Source: an uncultured Haladaptatus sp.
Lineage (GTDB): Archaea; Halobacteriota; Halobacteria; Halobacteriales; Haladaptataceae
Length of the DNA stretch: 64,000 nt
NCBI GenBank assembly: GCA_964399275.1
Contig: CAYNQM010000001.1
Location: 29,463-93,462, forward strand
Direction of reading: 5' to 3'
In this document: positions 58,851 through 64,000 of the stretch, one piece after another
How the letters are laid out: each line of letters begins with the position of its first letter
Position numbering within the stretch: position 1 is the stretch's first letter
Notes under the pieces: model-generated
What the model saw: only the letters and a program-made list of their open reading frames with translations
Databases searched by the model: none
What the model was told of the DNA's origin: nothing
Translations under genes and position numbers: made by a program

Positions 58851-60653
58851 TCACTCGACGGTGACGCTCTTGGCGAGGTTGCGCGGTTTGTCGATGGAGC
58901 GTCCGAGATGTCGAGCCGTGTAGTACGCGAGCAGTTGGTACTGAACGTTCACGAGTACCGGTGCGAGGATTCGATGCGTGGTCGGCACCCGAAGTACCAC
59001 GTCCGCGAAGTGCTCGATGGATGCTGTTCCGTCCGTCACCGCGACGAGCGGCGCGCCGCGCGCGCTCACCTCCTTCGCGTTGGAAATCGTCTTCTGGACG
59101 GTTTCGCTGTCCCCGACGGCCGAGACGAAGACGGGCGTCTCCTCGGTCACTAACGCGAGTGGACCGTGTTTGAGTTCGCCCGCGGCGAATCCCTCGGCGT
59201 GTTCGTAGGTGATTTCTTTCATCTTCAGCGCACCCTCCAGCGCGACGGGATACTGCAGTCCGCGCCCGATGAAGAAATATCCCGAACTGTCCGAGAGACG
59301 GCGCGCCGTGGGCATCGCGTTGGTCGTATCGAGGATTCGTTGAATCTGTCCCGGCAACTCGTCGAGCGCGGAAAGCAGGTGATTCGTTTCGGCAACTCCG
59401 CCGTCGGACGAGGTCTGGAGTGCCAACAGCGTGAGCATGACGAGTTGGCTGGCGAACGTCTTCGTTGCGGCGACGCTTATCTCCGGTCCCGACCGGATGT
59501 AGAGCGCGTCGTCGCACTCCCGGGCCGCCGTACTGCCGACGACGTTCGTCAGAGCGAGCGTGCGCGCATCCCGTTCGTCGGCCGCTCGGAGCGCGGCGAG
59601 CGTGTCCGCCGTCTCGCCGCTCTGCGTGACGCCGACGACGAGCGTCGAGTTTCGAATCGGTGGCGTCCCCGTCGCGTATTCGCTCGCCAAAAACGCTTGC
59701 GCCGAAACCCCTCGCTCGCGAAGGAGTCGTGCACCGTAGAGCGCCGCGTGATAGCTCGTTCCACACGCGACCAAGTGGATGGTGTCCAGTCTGCGGTCGC
59801 CGTCGAAAACGTCCGCTGTGGCGAACTGATCCGTGGTCGAACGGTTTCGGAGACATTCGCGGAGTGCGGCCGGTTGCTCGTGGATTTCCTTTATCATGTA
59901 GTGGTTGTGTTGCCCTTTCGCGACCGCGTCCGCGTCCCACTCGATTGTCGTCTGGGTCTTCGACTGCTGTTCGCCGTCTCCGTCCACGACCGTGTAGCCG
60001 TCTGTCGAGAGAAACGCGAACTCGCCGTCGTCCAGATGAACGACGCTGTCGGTGTGGTTCACCAGCGCGGTCACGTCGCTCGCCACGTACGTTGCGTCGT
60101 CGTCGACGCCGAGGACAAGCGAGGAATCTTGTCGAGCGGCCATGACTTCGTCGTATCCCTCGAACACCGCGGCGATAGCGTAACTTCCCTCCAGTTTCTC
60201 GACCGCGTCGTAGAACGCCGTCCTCGGTGACGAACCGGCGTCGAGTTCGTGACCGATGAGATGTGGAACGACTTCCGTGTCCGTGTCGCTCTCGAAGTCG
60301 TGTCCGAGCGAACGTAGTTCAGTCCGAAGTGACTCGTAGTTCTCGATGATGCCGTTGTGAACGACGGCAACCCGGCCCGCACAGTCCGTGTGCGGGTGGG
60401 CGTTCTCGTTCGATGGTTTCCCGTGCGTACTCCACCGAGTGTGACCGATCCCGGTAATGCCGTCGAATTCTGGCTCCGATTTGACCCGCTGGACGAGTCT
60501 GTCGAGTTCCCCCTCGCGTTTGACGACTCGAACGTCCGAATTGGCGACGGCGATTCCCGCCGAGTCGTAGCCACGATACTCGAGTTTCGACAGTCCCGAC
60601 AGGAGCGTTGGTACGATGTCGTCGCCGTCGATGCAACCGATGATCCCACACAT
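58851..60653 (-). CDS. glmS: Glutamine-fructose-6-phosphate transaminase (isomerizing)
   Basis: N-terminal MCGIIG, LEYRGYDSAG, GHTRWSTHG, HNGIIEN, QSGETADT, ELKHGP and DKPRNLAKSVTVE. Confidence 0.97.
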   Translation of the reverse strand: MCGIIGCIDGDDIVPTLLSGLSKLEYRGYDSAGIAVANSDVRVVKREGELDRLVQRVKSEPEFDGITGIGHTRWSTHGKPSNENAHPHTDCAGRVAVVHNGIIENYESLRTELRSLGHDFESDTDTEVVPHLIGHELDAGSSPRTAFYDAVEKLEGSYAIAAVFEGYDEVMAARQDSSLVLGVDDDATYVASDVTALVNHTDSVVHLDDGEFAFLSTDGYTVVDGDGEQQSKTQTTIEWDADAVAKGQHNHYMIKEIHEQPAALRECLRNRSTTDQFATADVFDGDRRLDTIHLVACGTSYHAALYGARLLRERGVSAQAFLASEYATGTPPIRNSTLVVGVTQSGETADTLAALRAADERDARTLALTNVVGSTAARECDDALYIRSGPEISVAATKTFASQLVMLTLLALQTSSDGGVAETNHLLSALDELPGQIQRILDTTNAMPTARRLSDSSGYFFIGRGLQYPVALEGALKMKEITYEHAEGFAAGELKHGPLALVTEETPVFVSAVGDSETVQKTISNAKEVSARGAPLVAVTDGTASIEHFADVVLRVPTTHRILAPVLVNVQYQLLAYYTARHLGRSIDKPRNLAKSVTVE

Positions 60654-61439
60654 GGATTACTTGGCCCTCCGGTCGGCGATATTCGGCGCTTCGGCCATCG
60701 CTTCGAGTTCGGTGCGCCGAATCGCTTTTATCCTTTTGCCTCTCAGCGTCCGGTGGTGTGCTCGTTCGCTCCGCCGTAACCAGTCGGCTCTCGGTCGTGA
60801 CTGAACTATCATGGATGACACCATTTCCCTATGGCAGTACCCTCCTTTGTTATTTAGTCAGTTCGAGGCTTCTAATACAGACCGTTTAGAAGCGTTTTGG
60901 AAATAAAGATAGAAATACAACATGTATCCTGTGAATGAACCCGTAATCTGGATTTAAAAGTACAACACTCCTCTCCGAGAGCGAATCGACGCAAAGCCAT
61001 TCTTCGTTCGTCTGGCCCGGTTCTGGTTCGTGAACTGCATAAGGTATTGTGATGTGTTGGAAGGATAATCGGTCGTTCGAATCGTTGTGCGCCTGGGAAA
61101 CTGAATCCTCCGGTCGAAATCCTTGATTAGAGGCGAGTTGGGTACGCAGATTTTCAGTAATATCGATTGCTCCCCTCGCTGACTCCGAAGTCGGGTAATA
61201 AGGTAGCTTTGCTACTCTAAGCCGGATTTTTGACCAAATTCCAGAAGAAATATATCGAAATAAACAATCACTTCTGCCGACAGATTTGTATAGGACATCG
61301 TCGCATGGCTGATGATGACCGTAGCGCGCTTGCGTCTCGGGTCACGGGACGCGGGGGAACGAACACCTGCGTTTCGCCGAAATAGACGACAGCAGACGAC
61401 CTTGACAGGACTGTCACCGTCGGACGTCGAGGGTGGACT

Positions 61440-62516
61440 GTGACCGGATTCGACTCGATTCGGACACCGGTCGTCTTCCTGCTCGTTCTCTCGACGCTGG
61501 TACTCGTGACGATGGGCGTCGGGAGCGTCATCTCGACCGCCAATTTCAGCGGCTACAACCCCACGTGGGACGGAACGTCCACCCTTCGGGAGTGGACCGA
61601 CGAGAACGGCACGAGATCGAACGTCGTCCTCGAACCGGCGACGTACCGCTCGATTCCGGCGAACGACACCCTCGTGTTCGTCGTCGCCCCGGACACGTCG
61701 CAGAGCGACTCTTCGGCACTACGGCAGTTCGTCCATCGCGGTGGCACCGTCGTCGTGATGGACGACCGCGGAAACGGAACCAACCAGCTGCTCGCATCGC
61801 TCGGAGCGGACGCCCGAATCGACGGCACCACGCTCCGAGACGAGCGACACAACTACCACTCACCAGCCATGCCAATCGCACAAAACGTCTCTGACCATCC
61901 GCTCACCGCGAACGTCGAGCGGGTGACCCTCAACTACGGAACCGCCGTCCAACCAAACGACGCCACGCCGCTTGTCTCCACGTCGAACTTCAGCTATCTC
62001 GACGTGAACGCGAATCGCTCGCTGGACGGGAACGAACAACTCGACAGCTATCCGGTGGCGACGGTCGAAAACGTCAGCGACGGGCGCGTCGTCGTCGTCG
62101 GCGACCCGAGCATCGCAGTCAATTCGATGCTGTCCAGTCCGGGGAACGAACAGTTCCTCCGCGGATTGATAGCCGCGCACGACCGCACGCTCTTCGATGA
62201 AACTTACGCCGAGGGGCCGCCACCGCTCGCGCTCGCCCTCATCGTCGTTCGCCGGTCGCTCGCCGTGCAACTCGCGGCCGTCGGCGCGCTCGCTGTCCTC
62301 GTCTTCGGCGTTCGCCACACCGAGACGGCCTCGGCGGTGGGTCGTCGATTTGCTGAGCGGGCCGGTTTCGCGACCGACGACGAAACCGTTCCGATTGACG
62401 ACGACGAGATAGTGACCGCCATCAAACGCCGGTATCCGTCGTGGTCGCGGAACCGAATCGAACGAATCGTCCGCGACGTGCGTGCCGGACGCAAGGACGG
62501 TGAGACCGATGACTGA
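61440..62516 (+). CDS. DUF4350-domain membrane-anchored protein
   Basis: N-terminal TM, FSGYNPTWDGTS, FVHRGGTVVVMDD, GRVVVVGDPSI..NSM and a C-terminal TM. Overlaps the MoxR start. Confidence 0.82.
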   Translation: MTGFDSIRTPVVFLLVLSTLVLVTMGVGSVISTANFSGYNPTWDGTSTLREWTDENGTRSNVVLEPATYRSIPANDTLVFVVAPDTSQSDSSALRQFVHRGGTVVVMDDRGNGTNQLLASLGADARIDGTTLRDERHNYHSPAMPIAQNVSDHPLTANVERVTLNYGTAVQPNDATPLVSTSNFSYLDVNANRSLDGNEQLDSYPVATVENVSDGRVVVVGDPSIAVNSMLSSPGNEQFLRGLIAAHDRTLFDETYAEGPPPLALALIVVRRSLAVQLAAVGALAVLVFGVRHTETASAVGRRFAERAGFATDDETVPIDDDEIVTAIKRRYPSWSRNRIERIVRDVRAGRKDGETDD

Positions 62517-63507
62517 CGCCGAAACGCTGTACCAATCGATTCGAGACGAAGTCAGTCACGTCCTCATCGGGAAGGAATCGCTCATCGAGCATCTCACTGT
62601 GTCCCTGCTAACTGACGGACACATCCTGCTCGAAGGTGTCCCCGGAATCGCGAAGACGACCGTCGCGAACCTCTTCGCACAGGCGACCGGTCTCTCGCAC
62701 AACCGCATCCAGATGACGCCCGACCTCCTTCCGGCCGACGTGACCGGGACGCGCGTCTACCGAGAGAACACCGGGGAATTCACGCTCCAGAAGGGTTCTA
62801 TCTTCGCCAACCTCGTCGTCGCCGACGAAGTCAACCGCGCGACGCCGAAGACCCAGAGCGCGTTCCTCGAAGCGATGGAGGAAGACAACGTCACCATCGA
62901 CGGCGAGACGCTCGACCTGCCCGACCCGTTCATGGTCATCGCCACGCAGAACCCCATCGACATGGAGGGGACGTATCAGCTTCCGGAGGCACAACGAGAC
63001 CGCTTTCAGCAGAAGATCATCGTCGAACTGCCAACCGAGTCAGAGGAAGGGGAACTGCTCGACCAAATCGACGACAATCCGAACCTCAGTTCGGACGACA
63101 TCGAACAGGTCGTCACGACCGAGATGATAAACGAGGCGCGGCGCGAGGTCGCAACGGTCTACGTCGCACCAGCCGTGAAGTCGTACATCCTCCGACTCGT
63201 CGAAGCGGCGCGGATGCACGAGGCGGTCGAATACGGTTGCTCTCCCCGTGCCTCCATCGCGTTCCTGCAAACGGCGAAGGCGCGAGCCGCGATTCGCGGT
63301 CGCTCCTACGTGCTTCCCGACGACGTGAAGTTCCACCTCCGTTCGATTCTCACCCATCGACTGATTCTCGATACGGACGCGGAGTTGCGCGAAACGTCGA
63401 TAGACGACGTGCTCACCACCGTCGAGGAGACGACGGAGCCGCCGGGAACGACGGCGGACGAACTGACGCCAATCCCCGACGGCGACGGCGGGGACGAGTG
63501 GGACTGA
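62509..63507 (+). CDS. moxR: MoxR-family AAA+ ATPase
   Basis: HILLEGVPGIAKT, RIQMTPDLLPADVTG, ADEVNRATPKTQSA, ATQNPI..EGTYQLPEAQRDRF and SPRAS. Start set at ATG 62509. Confidence 0.93.
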   Translation: MTDAETLYQSIRDEVSHVLIGKESLIEHLTVSLLTDGHILLEGVPGIAKTTVANLFAQATGLSHNRIQMTPDLLPADVTGTRVYRENTGEFTLQKGSIFANLVVADEVNRATPKTQSAFLEAMEEDNVTIDGETLDLPDPFMVIATQNPIDMEGTYQLPEAQRDRFQQKIIVELPTESEEGELLDQIDDNPNLSSDDIEQVVTTEMINEARREVATVYVAPAVKSYILRLVEAARMHEAVEYGCSPRASIAFLQTAKARAAIRGRSYVLPDDVKFHLRSILTHRLILDTDAELRETSIDDVLTTVEETTEPPGTTADELTPIPDGDGGDEWD

Positions 63508-64000
63508 TTACGCACCCCATCGGTACTGGACGGTCGCATCGGCGCGGTCGGCCGATTCGACGCTCTCGATGCGAACCGGTTCGTCGAGCGTGGCCGCGAG
63601 TCCGACCGCGAAGAACGAGACGACCGGGTGGTCGAACCGCGTCAGGTCGCCGTACACTGGTTCGGAGACGCCGACGGTGAGGGCGTTCGACTCGGCATCG
63701 AGCGTGAACGACGCCGCATCAACGATGCCGAGCGTTTCGGCCCCCTCCGACAGTTGTCCCGCGATGTCGGTCGGCGTTTCACCGAGATCGCTGGATACCG
63801 ACTCCCGGAACGCGTCAAGGAGCGGGACGCCACTCGGTTGCAACGCCACGCCGTGCGCATTCGTCTCGTTCGAAATCACGAGGAGCGATTCGGTGCGCGG
63901 ACGCGACGGAGTTTCGTCGGTCTCCCGCGTGACGAACAGCACAACCGACGACGTGCCCGGTTCGTCCGTGGGGTAGTACGTCGGATTGCCGTCCAACCCC
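63508..64000 (-). CDS. 3' part of a conserved archaeal hypothetical protein (starts beyond the window)
   Basis: Open to the window end, acidic. GVALQPSG and FDHPVVSFFAVGLA motifs resemble haloarchaeal proteins found near MoxR loci. Confidence 0.7.
   Translation of the reverse strand, partial: GLDGNPTYYPTDEPGTSSVVLFVTRETDETPSRPRTESLLVISNETNAHGVALQPSGVPLLDAFRESVSSDLGETPTDIAGQLSEGAETLGIVDAASFTLDAESNALTVGVSEPVYGDLTRFDHPVVSFFAVGLAATLDEPVRIESVESADRADATVQYRWGA

Noticed and set aside
1-64000. CRISPR arrays, tRNA/rRNA genes, IS elements or integrases
   Set aside because: No regularly spaced repeats, RNA-gene signatures, or transposase/recombinase ORFs were seen by eye. Small RNAs in the long spacers cannot be excluded.

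Overview
The window is from a haloarchaeon (Halobacteria): cytoplasmic proteins are acidic, there are Tat lipoproteins and archaeal TATA boxes, and it carries an rdfA/sph3 pair. It is a mosaic of modules separated by AT-rich spacers, typical of a chromid or megaplasmid. (1) ~0.9-18.1 kb: an apparent ectoine/hydroxyectoine uptake and catabolism cluster, the most exciting part. It has a BCCT transporter, a clear DoeA/EutD ectoine hydrolase, an EctB/Dat-type DABA aminotransferase, an M20 amidohydrolase, threonine ammonia-lyase, RidA, aldehyde:ferredoxin oxidoreductase, glutamate dehydrogenase, two 2-hydroxyacid oxidoreductases, a second class-III aminotransferase and an orphan putative regulator. 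It lacks the canonical bacterial DoeB/EutE, DoeC and EutC, which suggests a distinct archaeal version of the pathway. (2) ~19.4-47.6 kb: a glucuronoxylan-oligosaccharide utilisation locus with GH67, two GH3, an Opp-type ABC, UxaC, UxuA, an SDR, the oxidative xylose pathway XacA/D/E/F and an IclR regulator. It is interrupted by a DyP-like Tat lipoprotein plus ASPIC/UnbV lipoprotein pair. (3) ~48.3-51.0 kb: rdfA-sph3 cell-shape pair. (4) ~51.7-64 kb: two paralogous ~1000-aa FtsX-type permeases with Ig-like domains, one ABC ATPase and glmS, divergent from DUF4350-MoxR. No rRNA, tRNA, CRISPR array or transposase was recognised. All functional calls come from remembered motif and family similarity, not from database searches.
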